Positions 1 to 8,447 of a DNA stretch of 49,845 bases are shown here, piece by piece. The stretch is taken from NCBI GenBank assembly GCA_964429745.1, contig CAYSDI010000003.1, positions 16,958-66,802 on the forward strand, read 5' to 3'. A program made the position numbers and the translations under genes. This DNA is from an uncultured Chitinophagales bacterium (GTDB lineage Bacteria > Bacteroidota > Bacteroidia > Chitinophagales > BACL12). The notes under the pieces are model-generated. The model was given only the letters and a program-made list of their open reading frames with translations. It was not told the DNA's origin and searched no databases. How positions within the stretch are numbered: position 1 is the first letter of the stretch; every line of letters starts with the position of its first letter.

Positions 1-1119
1 AACCGCGTTAGAGTCCAAAGGAGGGCTGGCCTTACCAGGGTCAGCGCCAGGGTCAACTCCCGGTTCAGCGCCTGGTTCAGCAGACCCTAAAGAGCCAAAA
101 TCGTCGTGTTCGCGCCCGGTTATCCGGCCTTTGAAAAAGGCCTGGTCTACCGCTTTTTCCATCAATGTTTCCAAAGGGTTGGGTGCCTCCAGGTCTCCGC
201 TCGGCAAGGGAGGCCTTCCCGCGTCTACCCACGCTGTGAACCAAAAGCTTCCCACTTGCAGGATAGCGCTGTTCATGCGCCGCTCCACCATGCCTTCCAT
301 AGCGGCGTGGTATTGGGCTGAATACTCCCTGGAATAGACCCGGAGCACCGTTTCGCCTCGTTCTTCATAGGCGTACTTGGCGTCTGACCGGGCCGCATCG
401 TTCAACGCCCGCTCAAAACTTAAGACGCTGTCAACCGCAGCAGAGCTGGCCAATGCCGTCTTCCAAATAACCCTCGATACATCCGGCAGATAGCGCGCCT
501 GGCCCGTGAGGTGGTCGTACTGGCTGGCAAAAAGCTCGGGCAAGCGCGACTCCCAAAATCCGTGGATGCCGTGCTGGCCCGTCATGCCCCCGTTATAGTT
601 CTCCGTGCAGTGCAGAGGGACGTGCAGATCACCCAAATAATGGCCCAAATCTGTGGAATGGCGCAAAATCATGCGAATGTTACCGTCGCGGAATGCCTTG
701 CGCAACATGCCCATGGTGCGCTCAATGTGCCAAGGCGCTATGCCATTGTTGACCACGGTCTCCTCGCCAAACAAAGCCACGGCCTCGTCCCAGGACCGCG
801 GGAGTGTGTCGTGCGGCCAGGGACCATAGCGATCCAAATCGATGAAATGGCGCGGCGCTTCCTCTTCAAATGCGTAGCGGCGTTTGTCCGGATCAACAGC
901 GTGCTCTTCTAACCAGGCGATGTGGCGTTTGTAAAAAACCAACAGCTCCGATTCCGGCAGCGTAAAGACAGCAATCCGGTTAATGCGGCGATGTCCGTAA
1001 AAGCCCCAGGGCGCAGACGCTGTCTGAGCAGAGGGGCCAACACCGGCATAAGCCGGCAACAACAAACCCGGCAGTAAAAGCAGCAATGGCAATGCGGCGA
1101 CCAACAGCGATCGTTTCAT
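1..1119 (-). CDS. S1/P1 nuclease / Zn-dependent phospholipase C family protein, secreted; 3' end truncated by the window edge
   Basis: Not in the ORF track because I saw no stop before the window edge. Manual translation from ATG at 1119 gives MKRSLLVAALPLLLLLPGLLLPAYAG..., then WGFYGHRRINR, AVDPDKRRY, EAPRHFIDLD, LGHYLGDLHVPLHCTENYNG and HGIHGFWESRLPE. These W/H/D Zn-ligand motifs are typical of the family. Confidence 0.85.
   Translation of the reverse strand, partial: MKRSLLVAALPLLLLLPGLLLPAYAGVGPSAQTASAPWGFYGHRRINRIAVFTLPESELLVFYKRHIAWLEEHAVDPDKRRYAFEEEAPRHFIDLDRYGPWPHDTLPRSWDEAVALFGEETVVNNGIAPWHIERTMGMLRKAFRDGNIRMILRHSTDLGHYLGDLHVPLHCTENYNGGMTGQHGIHGFWESRLPELFASQYDHLTGQARYLPDVSRVIWKTALASSAAVDSVLSFERALNDAARSDAKYAYEERGETVLRVYSREYSAQYHAAMEGMVERRMNSAILQVGSFWFTAWVDAGRPPLPSGDLEAPNPLETLMEKAVDQAFFKGRITGREHDDFGSLGSAEPGAEPGVDPGADPGKASPPLDSNAV
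35..82. repeat. Four imperfect 12-bp tandem repeats inside the nuclease gene
   Basis: ccagggtcagcg / ccagggtcaact / cccggttcagcg / cctggttcagca, encoding AEPG-AEPG-VDPG-ADPG on the minus strand. Confidence 0.8.
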
Positions 1120-1249
1120 AAGACGAAAATGCCTGCCTCTGCTCCAAAAGACCTGGCCACGCAGAAAATTCACCGGCTTTGTGGATAAGTCCAACGGAGG
1201 ATGCGCATTCAGCCGTGGGACCTAAATTCGCCCTTGATCCAAGCGCTGC

Positions 1250-2014
1250 ATGAAACCAGAACCGTCCTTGCCCGCCCCACGCACAGCCCTTCGCCCGGAA
1301 ACTGCCGACCCTGAACCCCTTCAGCATGCCGTGCAGCACTTTGCCGAAGGCCTTGCCCGTTACCAGCAGGCGGGCAAGCGCCTGTTTGCATCGTCTTCGT
1401 TTCAGTCCCATTCGCTGCCGCTCCTGCACTTGCTCAGCCGTTTTGCTCCGCAAACCCCGGTTTACTTTTTGGACACAGGCTTTCACTTTCCGGAGACGCT
1501 GGCCTTTCGCGGGCAAATGGCGCAACAGTTGAACCTCAACATTGTGGATTTGCGCTCCCCGGTAGGAAAAATGGGCCAGCGCGATGGCGCGGGGCAACTC
1601 CTATTTGCCTCCGATCCGGACCACTGTTGTTACCTGAACAAGACGCTTCCCCTGGACACCATTTTGCCGCGCTACGATGTCTGGATTTCAGGCCTTCGCC
1701 GCGACCAAAACAGCCACCGCGAACAACTGAACGAAGAAGTGCCCGGTCCGCATGGCACACTCCGCTGGCATCCGATGCTGGAGTGGAACGCGCGCTTGAT
1801 TTGGCAGTATCGCCAGGCGCACGGGCTGCCGGAACACCCACTCGAGGCAAAAGGCTACCTCAGCGTTGGCTGTGAGCCCTGCACCGAGCGCTTCTTGCAA
1901 GCACAAGGCGCGGCGCTGCCCGAAGGCGACGCAGAAGCCCGGCGCGGCGGGCGCTGGGCGGGCTTGCGCAAAACCGAATGCGGACTGCACACTGACTTGA
2001 TCGCCAAACCATGA
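1250..2014 (+). CDS. cysH: Adenylyl-sulfate (APS)/PAPS reductase, [4Fe-4S] APS-reductase type
   Basis: FLDTGFHFPET, WISGLRRDQ, GYLSVGCEPCT and C-terminal ECGLH; the CC (DHCC) plus CxxC pattern marks the Fe-S-containing APS reductases. Confidence 0.92.
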   Translation: MKPEPSLPAPRTALRPETADPEPLQHAVQHFAEGLARYQQAGKRLFASSSFQSHSLPLLHLLSRFAPQTPVYFLDTGFHFPETLAFRGQMAQQLNLNIVDLRSPVGKMGQRDGAGQLLFASDPDHCCYLNKTLPLDTILPRYDVWISGLRRDQNSHREQLNEEVPGPHGTLRWHPMLEWNARLIWQYRQAHGLPEHPLEAKGYLSVGCEPCTERFLQAQGAALPEGDAEARRGGRWAGLRKTECGLHTDLIAKP

Positions 2015-2943
2015 GGGTACTGATTACCGGAGGCGCCGGATATGTGGGCTACGCGCTGGTCCAGCGGTTGCTGCGCAGCAAAGTTTACATAAGTGAAATT
2101 GTGGTTTACGATAACCTTTCTCGCAAAAACTATGCGTTGTTCAGCGGTCCGAAAACGGGGAGCGCTACCCTCCGTTTTGTTCCGGGCGAATTGCTCGACG
2201 GCCGCACGCTGAAGCGCGTCGTGGCTTCGGCGGATGCGGTGGTGCACCTTGCTGCCAAAGTAACTACGCCATTCGCGGACAACGAAGCCCATTTCTTTGA
2301 CCAGGTCAACCACTGGGGCACGGCCCAATTGGTGCAGGCGGTGTGCGACGCCCCGGCGGTGAAGCGCTTCTTGTATTTGAGCAGCGTTTCGGTTTACGGC
2401 AATCACCCGGATCCGGTCAGCGAAAGCTCGCCTCCGCACCCGGATTCGTTTTACGGCCACGCCAAACTTCGTGGCGAAGAGCAATTGGTCCGCCTGCCGG
2501 AAAGCTGCCAAACGTATGTGTTGCGGGCTGGCAACGTGTACGGATTTAACCCTGCCATGCGCCTGGATGCCGTAGTGAACCGTTTTGTGTTTGAAGCGCA
2601 TTTCCAGGGTCGGATCACACTGCACGGAAATGGGGAACAAGCCCGGCCTTTCATTCAGGTGGACAAGCTCGCAGGCCTTATCGCGGGCCTGCTGGAGCAG
2701 GAGCACACGGGTGCGTCGTTACCCGGTGTATACAATGCTGTGGAGCACAACTTCACGGTTCGCGAGATCGCCCGGGCGGTAGCCAGCATTTACCCGGATC
2801 TGGAACGGCACACCATCAACCAGCACCTGGAGATGAAGAGTCTTCGCGTACAGGTGCCGTGCGTGCTTACCCAAGCCCTTCCCCTGTTTGAGCGAAACTT
2901 TGGAGACGAAATCCGTGATTTTGGGGCCCACTTCGCTTTTTAA
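2011..2943 (+). CDS. NAD-dependent epimerase/dehydratase (extended SDR)
   Basis: TGGAGYVG Rossmann motif, HLAA, SSVSVYG and YGHAK (YxxxK); ATGA overlap with cysH. Confidence 0.88.
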   Translation: MRVLITGGAGYVGYALVQRLLRSKVYISEIVVYDNLSRKNYALFSGPKTGSATLRFVPGELLDGRTLKRVVASADAVVHLAAKVTTPFADNEAHFFDQVNHWGTAQLVQAVCDAPAVKRFLYLSSVSVYGNHPDPVSESSPPHPDSFYGHAKLRGEEQLVRLPESCQTYVLRAGNVYGFNPAMRLDAVVNRFVFEAHFQGRITLHGNGEQARPFIQVDKLAGLIAGLLEQEHTGASLPGVYNAVEHNFTVREIARAVASIYPDLERHTINQHLEMKSLRVQVPCVLTQALPLFERNFGDEIRDFGAHFAF

Positions 2944-2999
2944 CACGGCCAGCACACATCCTGACCCTGCACCCGGACTTTTGCCGGTAATTTTAGCCC

Positions 3000-4016
3000 A
3001 TGAGATACCAGAAACTAGGCCGCAGTGGTCTGCGCGTATCCGAAATCTGCTTGGGCACCATGGGCTTCGGTACAGAATGGGGCTATGGTTCGGACAAAGA
3101 AGAAAGCCGCCGCGTTTTCCAGACCTTTTTAGAGGCCGGGGGAAACTTTCTGGACACGGCCAACCGCTATACCGAAGGCACGAGTGAGCGTTTTCTGGGC
3201 GAGTTTGTGAAGGAAAGCGGTCGTCGCGACGAATTGGTGATTGCCAGCAAGTACAGCTTGTTCACGCAACCCAACCGCATCAACGATGGTGGGAACCACC
3301 GCAAAAACCTGGTCCAGAGTGTGGAGGGCAGTCTGCAGCGCCTGCAGGTGGACTACCTGGATGTGCTTTGGCTGCACGCCTGGGACTTTCTGACGCCTGA
3401 AGAAGAAGTGATGCGCGCTTTGGATGACCTGGTGCGCGCCGGCAAGGTGCTTTATCTGGGCATTTCGGATACGCCCGCCTGGTTGGCGGCCCGCTGCAAT
3501 ACCTTGGCTGAGCTCCGGGGATGGACCGCTTTTGTGGGCTTGCAGGTAGAGTACAGTCTGATTACCCGCGACGCCGAACGCGACCTGCTGCCCATGGCCG
3601 AGCATCTGGGTTTGGGCGCCACCGCATGGGGCCCGATGGCGGGCGGCGCGTTGACCGGCAAGTACCTGGAAAAAAGCGATGCGGGCCGCCTCAAAGCGGA
3701 AAGCAAGCGGCTCAATCCGCGATCAGTTAAAATCACCAAGGCCGTTGTCTCTGTGGCAGAGCAAATTGGCTGCAGCCCTGCGCACGTAGCGTTAAACTGG
3801 GTGCGGCGCCGGGCCATTCCTATTGTCGGAACCCGCAATGCCAGCCAGCTCAGCGACAGCCTGGCTTGCCTGAATCACAGCCTTACCGACCGCCACTTAG
3901 AAAAACTGGACAAGGCCAGCGAGTTTGAAATGGGATTCCCGCATGACTTTCTGGCTTCTGACAACATCAAGCAAGTGCTGTTTGGCGGCCTGCAAAACCA
4001 AATCAAACCCTCCTGA
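3000..4016 (+). CDS. Aldo/keto reductase
   Basis: LGRSGLRVSEICLGTM, GGNFLDTANRY, SLQRLQVDYLDVLWLH, GKVLYLGISD, QVEYSL. Confidence 0.92.
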   Translation: MRYQKLGRSGLRVSEICLGTMGFGTEWGYGSDKEESRRVFQTFLEAGGNFLDTANRYTEGTSERFLGEFVKESGRRDELVIASKYSLFTQPNRINDGGNHRKNLVQSVEGSLQRLQVDYLDVLWLHAWDFLTPEEEVMRALDDLVRAGKVLYLGISDTPAWLAARCNTLAELRGWTAFVGLQVEYSLITRDAERDLLPMAEHLGLGATAWGPMAGGALTGKYLEKSDAGRLKAESKRLNPRSVKITKAVVSVAEQIGCSPAHVALNWVRRRAIPIVGTRNASQLSDSLACLNHSLTDRHLEKLDKASEFEMGFPHDFLASDNIKQVLFGGLQNQIKPS

Positions 4017-4020
4017 TTGC

Positions 4021-4941
4021 ATGTGGAGCAAGGTTAAGCAGGGGCTGCGATCGCCCTTCCCGTTTTACCTGAACTCGGACCGGGACAACCTGCTCGTGGT
4101 CCTGGGCATTACGGCATTCACTTTGCTTTTTCTGCTCATTTTCCGGCCTTTTGGGCTGGCAGACGACATTAAGCAACCCGAAGCCCCTTTTGTTTTTTCG
4201 GGCATTGCATTCGCCGTGCTGTTCGTGCACGTGCTCGCTGTGCCGCGTATTGTTCCCCGCTATTTTGATGATTCCTGCTGGACGCTGGGCGGATTTGCCC
4301 TTTACAACCTCTGGATCATTGCGGTCATTGGCGTTTTTGGCACCATGTATGGCCATTTTGTGTTGGCAAACCCTTGCCACGACACGTTTTGGCATCATTT
4401 GCTGGTTGAGCAGTTCCGCGTCCTGACGATTGGCATTTTTCCAGTCAGCGCCATGATTTTTCTGATCCGCAACCGGATGCTGGCCCGAACCTTGCATGAG
4501 GTTGAAACAGCCAACCGCAACCTGGGCATCCGGCGGCAGGACCAACAACCCGCCCTATCCGCAATAGGTCAACCTTCTGCGAACGGCCATCATTGGATTA
4601 TCCGCACCGATACCCAGGAACAACTGGAGTTGCCCAGAGGCGCCTTGCTTTATGCCGAAGCCGACGACAATTACAGCCGGATCCATTGGGTTGAAGCAGG
4701 CAAAGCCCAGGAGCGCATGCTTCGGCTCACCCTCAAGAACCTTGAAGAACAATTGCCCGGCGAAACGGTGGTCAGGGTGCACCGCTCATTTTTGGCCAAT
4801 TTGGCGCGCGTAGATGAATTGCGCGGAAATGCCTCGGGCTACCGCCTGTTTTTCAGCCCTGCCGAAGCCGAAGTACCCGTGGCCAGGACACGCAGTCGCG
4901 ATGTGCTGGACCTGATCGAAGGAATCGGCCACCTGGCCTGA
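4021..4941 (+). CDS. Membrane-anchored LytTR-family transcriptional regulator
   Basis: About four N-terminal hydrophobic segments and a C-terminal LytTR domain (LLYAEADDNY ... LTLKNLEEQL ... VRVHRSFLAN ... VPVAR). Start placed at ATG 4021, just after the upstream stop. Confidence 0.88.
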   Translation: MWSKVKQGLRSPFPFYLNSDRDNLLVVLGITAFTLLFLLIFRPFGLADDIKQPEAPFVFSGIAFAVLFVHVLAVPRIVPRYFDDSCWTLGGFALYNLWIIAVIGVFGTMYGHFVLANPCHDTFWHHLLVEQFRVLTIGIFPVSAMIFLIRNRMLARTLHEVETANRNLGIRRQDQQPALSAIGQPSANGHHWIIRTDTQEQLELPRGALLYAEADDNYSRIHWVEAGKAQERMLRLTLKNLEEQLPGETVVRVHRSFLANLARVDELRGNASGYRLFFSPAEAEVPVARTRSRDVLDLIEGIGHLA

Positions 4942-4944
4942 ACG

Positions 4945-4999
4945 CCATTCGCCCCAAACGCGGTCCCTTTCGCCCCAGAGGCCTTCCATTCACCACAAA
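4945..4999 (+). promoter_or_regulatory. Three direct repeats, probable LytTR operator
   Basis: CCATTCGCCCCAAA (4945), CCTTTCGCCCCAGA (4966), CCATTCACCACAAA (4986); period 21 and 20 bp; lies between the LytTR gene and the next gene. Confidence 0.7.
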
Positions 5000-5161
5000 A
5001 GCCCTGCTGCCGGCTACATCAGCGCAGGCCGGCATCCGCTGGGCCTGCTTCTGCGCGTAATGTTGGGGAGGTCATTCTGAACCTTTCGGGCGAAGGGCGT
5101 CCGCGCTCCAGCAACCTCTGAGCAGATTTTGGCCTCTTTTTTAAACACACACGTACCCGTC

Positions 5162-5635
5162 ATGAAAGCTTTAACCGTTTTTTCCCTGATCCTGGCCCTG
5201 AGCGGCTCAGTTTTCGCCCAGCAAACACAAAACCTTAAGGTTTTGGTCAACGGCATCCCCGAATCCGAAGTGCCAACTTTGGTCATGCTCTACGGCTCGG
5301 GCACACAATTCATCAACGAGCAAACCCCAGCCTTGGAACAGCAGGTCATCGCGGCCGGCCAAACCCGGGCCAGTCTGGAATTTTCGTCGCTGCAAACCGG
5401 CGAGTTCTACGCCATCCTGGTTGTCCAGGACCTGAACGGCAACGGCGCGTTGGACCGCAAAAACGGCCGCGCCACGGAGTCCTACGTTTTCTCGGAAACC
5501 GGATCTTTCAACGGCACCCCCAGCTTCTCTGACGTAGCTTTCCGACTGAGCCCAGAGACCAGCGCAGTGCTGCTGAACGTGATTGAAGTCAAGTCCAAAG
5601 TCAAGCCGGGCGCAGAGACGATGTCTGCTCGCTAA
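5162..5635 (+). CDS. DUF2141-like secreted protein
   Basis: Signal peptide MKALTVFSLILALSGSVFA-Q; YAILVVQDLNGNGALD ... ESYVFS ... PSFSD resembles the DUF2141 motif. Confidence 0.7.
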   Translation: MKALTVFSLILALSGSVFAQQTQNLKVLVNGIPESEVPTLVMLYGSGTQFINEQTPALEQQVIAAGQTRASLEFSSLQTGEFYAILVVQDLNGNGALDRKNGRATESYVFSETGSFNGTPSFSDVAFRLSPETSAVLLNVIEVKSKVKPGAETMSAR

Positions 5636-5661
5636 GCTCCTGTCGGCAATAGGAGAATCGG

Positions 5662-5693
5662 CCAGGCTACCCGGAACTTCCTGGGTAGCCTGG
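5662..5693. terminator. Strong GC hairpin after the DUF2141-like gene (no U tract)
   Basis: CCAGGCTACCC-GGAACTTCCT-GGGTAGCCTGG inverted repeat. Confidence 0.45.
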
Positions 5694-5806
5694 ACAGTTC
5701 CGGGCAATCCTGGTATGCAGTTTGCTGCTGCCAGGCTGATCCCGCTGTCATGGGTGGAAGTTGCCCGCAACTCCTATCTTTACGGGCTTATAACCCCGCC
5801 TCCCCC

Positions 5807-6217
5807 ATGCTGCGAAACCTGATTTTCAGTGCCGGTTTGTTGCTTTCCGTTTTTCTGACTTCCTGCCTGACGGACGAAGTAGCTCCCAACATCAGCCTGC
5901 GCAACGCCGCCGGAGATACCATTACTTCGGACACGCTGACCATTGGCCTGAACGAAATCCTGACCGTAGTTTCTATAACGGAAGACGACCAGGACATCAG
6001 CACGGTAGAGTATTTTCAGGGCTATCCCAATGCCAGCGAACTGCCCATCGACTATGCGGCCCCGATTGACCTGACCAACCGCCGCCACGAAGTGTTTGTA
6101 GATCTTTCATTCCCGGATACGCTGTACATCAGCGGAGAATTCGGCACCCTGCGCGTGCGGGCCGAAGATCGCGAAGGGAATGTATCAGAGTTGAGCAAGC
6201 GGATTCGAGTCAACTGA
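5807..6217 (+). CDS. Hypothetical lipoprotein (probable Ig-like fold)
   Basis: MLRNLIFSAGLLLSVFLTS-C lipobox; beta-rich body ending in LRVRAEDREGN; TATCTTTA promoter-like element upstream. Confidence 0.7.
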   Translation: MLRNLIFSAGLLLSVFLTSCLTDEVAPNISLRNAAGDTITSDTLTIGLNEILTVVSITEDDQDISTVEYFQGYPNASELPIDYAAPIDLTNRRHEVFVDLSFPDTLYISGEFGTLRVRAEDREGNVSELSKRIRVN

Positions 6218-7394
6218 CCTCATCCAGGCATTCTAACAGCCGCGCGCAAGCCCAGTCCACTTCATCCGGCGCAATAGTTAGCGGTGGGGCTATGCGCACG
6301 CAGTGCGGCGCATAGAGGAACCAATCCGTCAACAATCCGGCTTCGAGCGCCCTGGCAATCACTGCCTGGGTCTTTTTTGCACTTTCCAGCTCAAGGGCCA
6401 TCAACAGCCCACAGGAACGCACCGCCTTAATGGCCGGATGCTTCAATGCATCCCGAAACTGCGCTTCGATTTTGGGCACCTGCTCCATCCGATTCTCGTC
6501 CAACAAGGCCTCCAGGGCGGCCAACCCGGCGGCACACGACAGCGGATGTCCACCAAAGGTGGTGATATGCCCCAAAACTGGATCGCAAGTCAGCACCTGC
6601 ATCACGTCGCGTGAAGCAACGAACGCACCCAAGGGCATTCCACCCCCAAACGCCTTGGCCAACACCACAATGTCCGGCACTACCCCGCTATGTTCCAAGG
6701 CCAAATAAGTTCCCGTGCGTCCGCAGCCCGTCTGCGACTCATCAAAAATCAATAGGGCACCCGTTTGGGTGCAGCGGTTTCGCAGAGCCTCCAAGTACCC
6801 ATTCGGGGCAAGGGTGACACCACTTTCCGCCTGGACTGGCTCAATCAACACGGCAGCCGTTCGCCCGGAAATGGCGGCAAGCTGGGTGGCATCGCCATAG
6901 TCCAGGTTGCACACATCGGGCAGGAGCGGCCGAAATGCTGCCTTCCATTCCTCCGTACCCCCTATGCTGATAGCACCGTGGGTGGAACCGTGGTAGGATA
7001 GCTTGAAACCGATCAGCTCGGTGCGTCCCGTAAAGCGTTTGGCGAGTTTCAGCGCCCCTTCCACCGCTTCACTGCCTGAGTTAACATAATAAATGTTATC
7101 CAAGCTAGCCGGCAACAAGGGCAGCAGTTTAGCGGCAAAATCCGTTTGCGGCGACTGAATCAATTCGCCATAAACCATCGTGTGCATATGCCGTGCCGCC
7201 TGCTTTTGCACCGCTTCTACGATGCGCGGGTGCCCGTGGCCCATGTTGCTCACGGCAATGCCCGAAATCAGGTCGAGCCAGCGCTGGCCATCACGGCCGT
7301 AGAGATAGAGCCCCTGAGCCCGCTCAATCTCCAGAGCAAGCGGAAATGCGCTGGTTTGGCCCTGATGGCGGAAGAAAAGTTCGCGGGTGTTCAC
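6210..7394 (-). CDS. Class III PLP aminotransferase (acetylornithine aminotransferase-like)
   Basis: NSGSEAVEGALK, SYHGST, LIFDESQTGCGRTG, PDIVVLAKAFGGGMP, TTFGGHPLSCAA; GTG start 2 bp after the upstream stop. Confidence 0.9.
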   Translation of the reverse strand: MNTRELFFRHQGQTSAFPLALEIERAQGLYLYGRDGQRWLDLISGIAVSNMGHGHPRIVEAVQKQAARHMHTMVYGELIQSPQTDFAAKLLPLLPASLDNIYYVNSGSEAVEGALKLAKRFTGRTELIGFKLSYHGSTHGAISIGGTEEWKAAFRPLLPDVCNLDYGDATQLAAISGRTAAVLIEPVQAESGVTLAPNGYLEALRNRCTQTGALLIFDESQTGCGRTGTYLALEHSGVVPDIVVLAKAFGGGMPLGAFVASRDVMQVLTCDPVLGHITTFGGHPLSCAAGLAALEALLDENRMEQVPKIEAQFRDALKHPAIKAVRSCGLLMALELESAKKTQAVIARALEAGLLTDWFLYAPHCVRIAPPLTIAPDEVDWACARLLECLDEVS

Positions 7395-7396
7395 GG

Positions 7397-8356
7397 CTAC
7401 CCTTTGCGGGCAATCGCACGGCGCACGGCCGCGACCACGTCCGGGGTATCCAGCTTGTATTTGACCAGCAACTGGTCAGGGGTTCCGCTTTCGCCGAAGC
7501 TATCGTGAACTGCCACCAACTCCTGCGGCACGGGGAATTCCCGGGTCAACACCTGCGCAATACTGCTTCCAAGGCCACCTAACATTTGGTGTTCCTCGGC
7601 TGACACTGCACATCCCGTCTTGCGCACGGAATCCAGAATGGCTTTTTCGTCCAGAGGCTTAATGGTGTGGATGTTGATGAGCTCCACGCTGATGCCTTCG
7701 GCCTCCAGGATGTTCACGGCTTCAATGGCTTTGGCCACCAAATGGCCCGTGGCAAACAAACTGACTGCCGTACCGGGCTTCATCATCACCGCTTTGCCAA
7801 TTTCAAATTTCTGGTCGGCGGGGGTAAAAATGGGCCATTTGGGGCGGCCAAAACGCAGGTACACCGGGCCGTGGTGCTCGGCAATGGCCAGGGTTGCGGC
7901 CTTGGTCTGGTTGTAATCGCAGGGGTTAATCACCGTAAACCCGGGCAGCATTTGCATCATGCCCAAGTCTTCGAGAATCTGGTGAGTGGCTCCGTCCTCA
8001 CCTAACGTCAGGCCGGCATGTGACGCACAGATCTTGACGTTTTTGCCCGAATATGCAATGGATTGCCGCACCTGGTCGTACACGCGACCTGTGGCAAAAT
8101 TGGCAAAGGTGGTGGCGAAGGGAATTTTACCGCCAATGGTCAAGCCAGCAGCAATGCCCATCATGTTGGCCTCGGCTATGCCGCACTGGACATAGCGCTC
8201 CGGAAAATCGCGGATGAAATCCTGCAGTTTCAATGAGCCCGCCAAATCCGCGCAAAGCGCCACCACATTGGGGTTGCGCTTGCCCAGTTCGTGGATGCCG
8301 GTGCCGAAGCCCGAGCGGGTGTCTTTGCCGTTAGCATAATCCAATTGCATCCACAT
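7397..8356 (-). CDS. tkt: Transketolase, C-terminal subunit (pyrimidine-binding plus C-terminal domains)
   Basis: DTRSGFG, ADLAGS, GIAEANM, GEDGATHQ, GPVYLRFGR, AEEHQ; the start may instead be 8350. Confidence 0.93.
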   Translation of the reverse strand: MWMQLDYANGKDTRSGFGTGIHELGKRNPNVVALCADLAGSLKLQDFIRDFPERYVQCGIAEANMMGIAAGLTIGGKIPFATTFANFATGRVYDQVRQSIAYSGKNVKICASHAGLTLGEDGATHQILEDLGMMQMLPGFTVINPCDYNQTKAATLAIAEHHGPVYLRFGRPKWPIFTPADQKFEIGKAVMMKPGTAVSLFATGHLVAKAIEAVNILEAEGISVELINIHTIKPLDEKAILDSVRKTGCAVSAEEHQMLGGLGSSIAQVLTREFPVPQELVAVHDSFGESGTPDQLLVKYKLDTPDVVAAVRRAIARKG

Positions 8357-8423
8357 AAATCAGCGGTTTTTTTAAGGCGATTAAGGCCAAAGTCCCGGTC
8401 AATGTTAGCGGTCAATGATTCGG

Positions 8424-8447
8424 GCCAAAGTTAAGAGCCAAAGTTAA
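8424..8447 (-). promoter_or_regulatory. Tandem duplicated Bacteroidota -7 elements upstream of the transketolase C subunit
   Basis: TTAACTTTGGC occurs twice on the minus strand (8447-8437 and 8434-8424); each contains a perfect TAnnTTTG. Confidence 0.6.

Noticed and set aside
106-912. Plus-strand ORFs 106-321, 131-337 and 511-912
   Set aside because: Antisense to the S1/P1 nuclease-like gene and carry no recognisable motifs.
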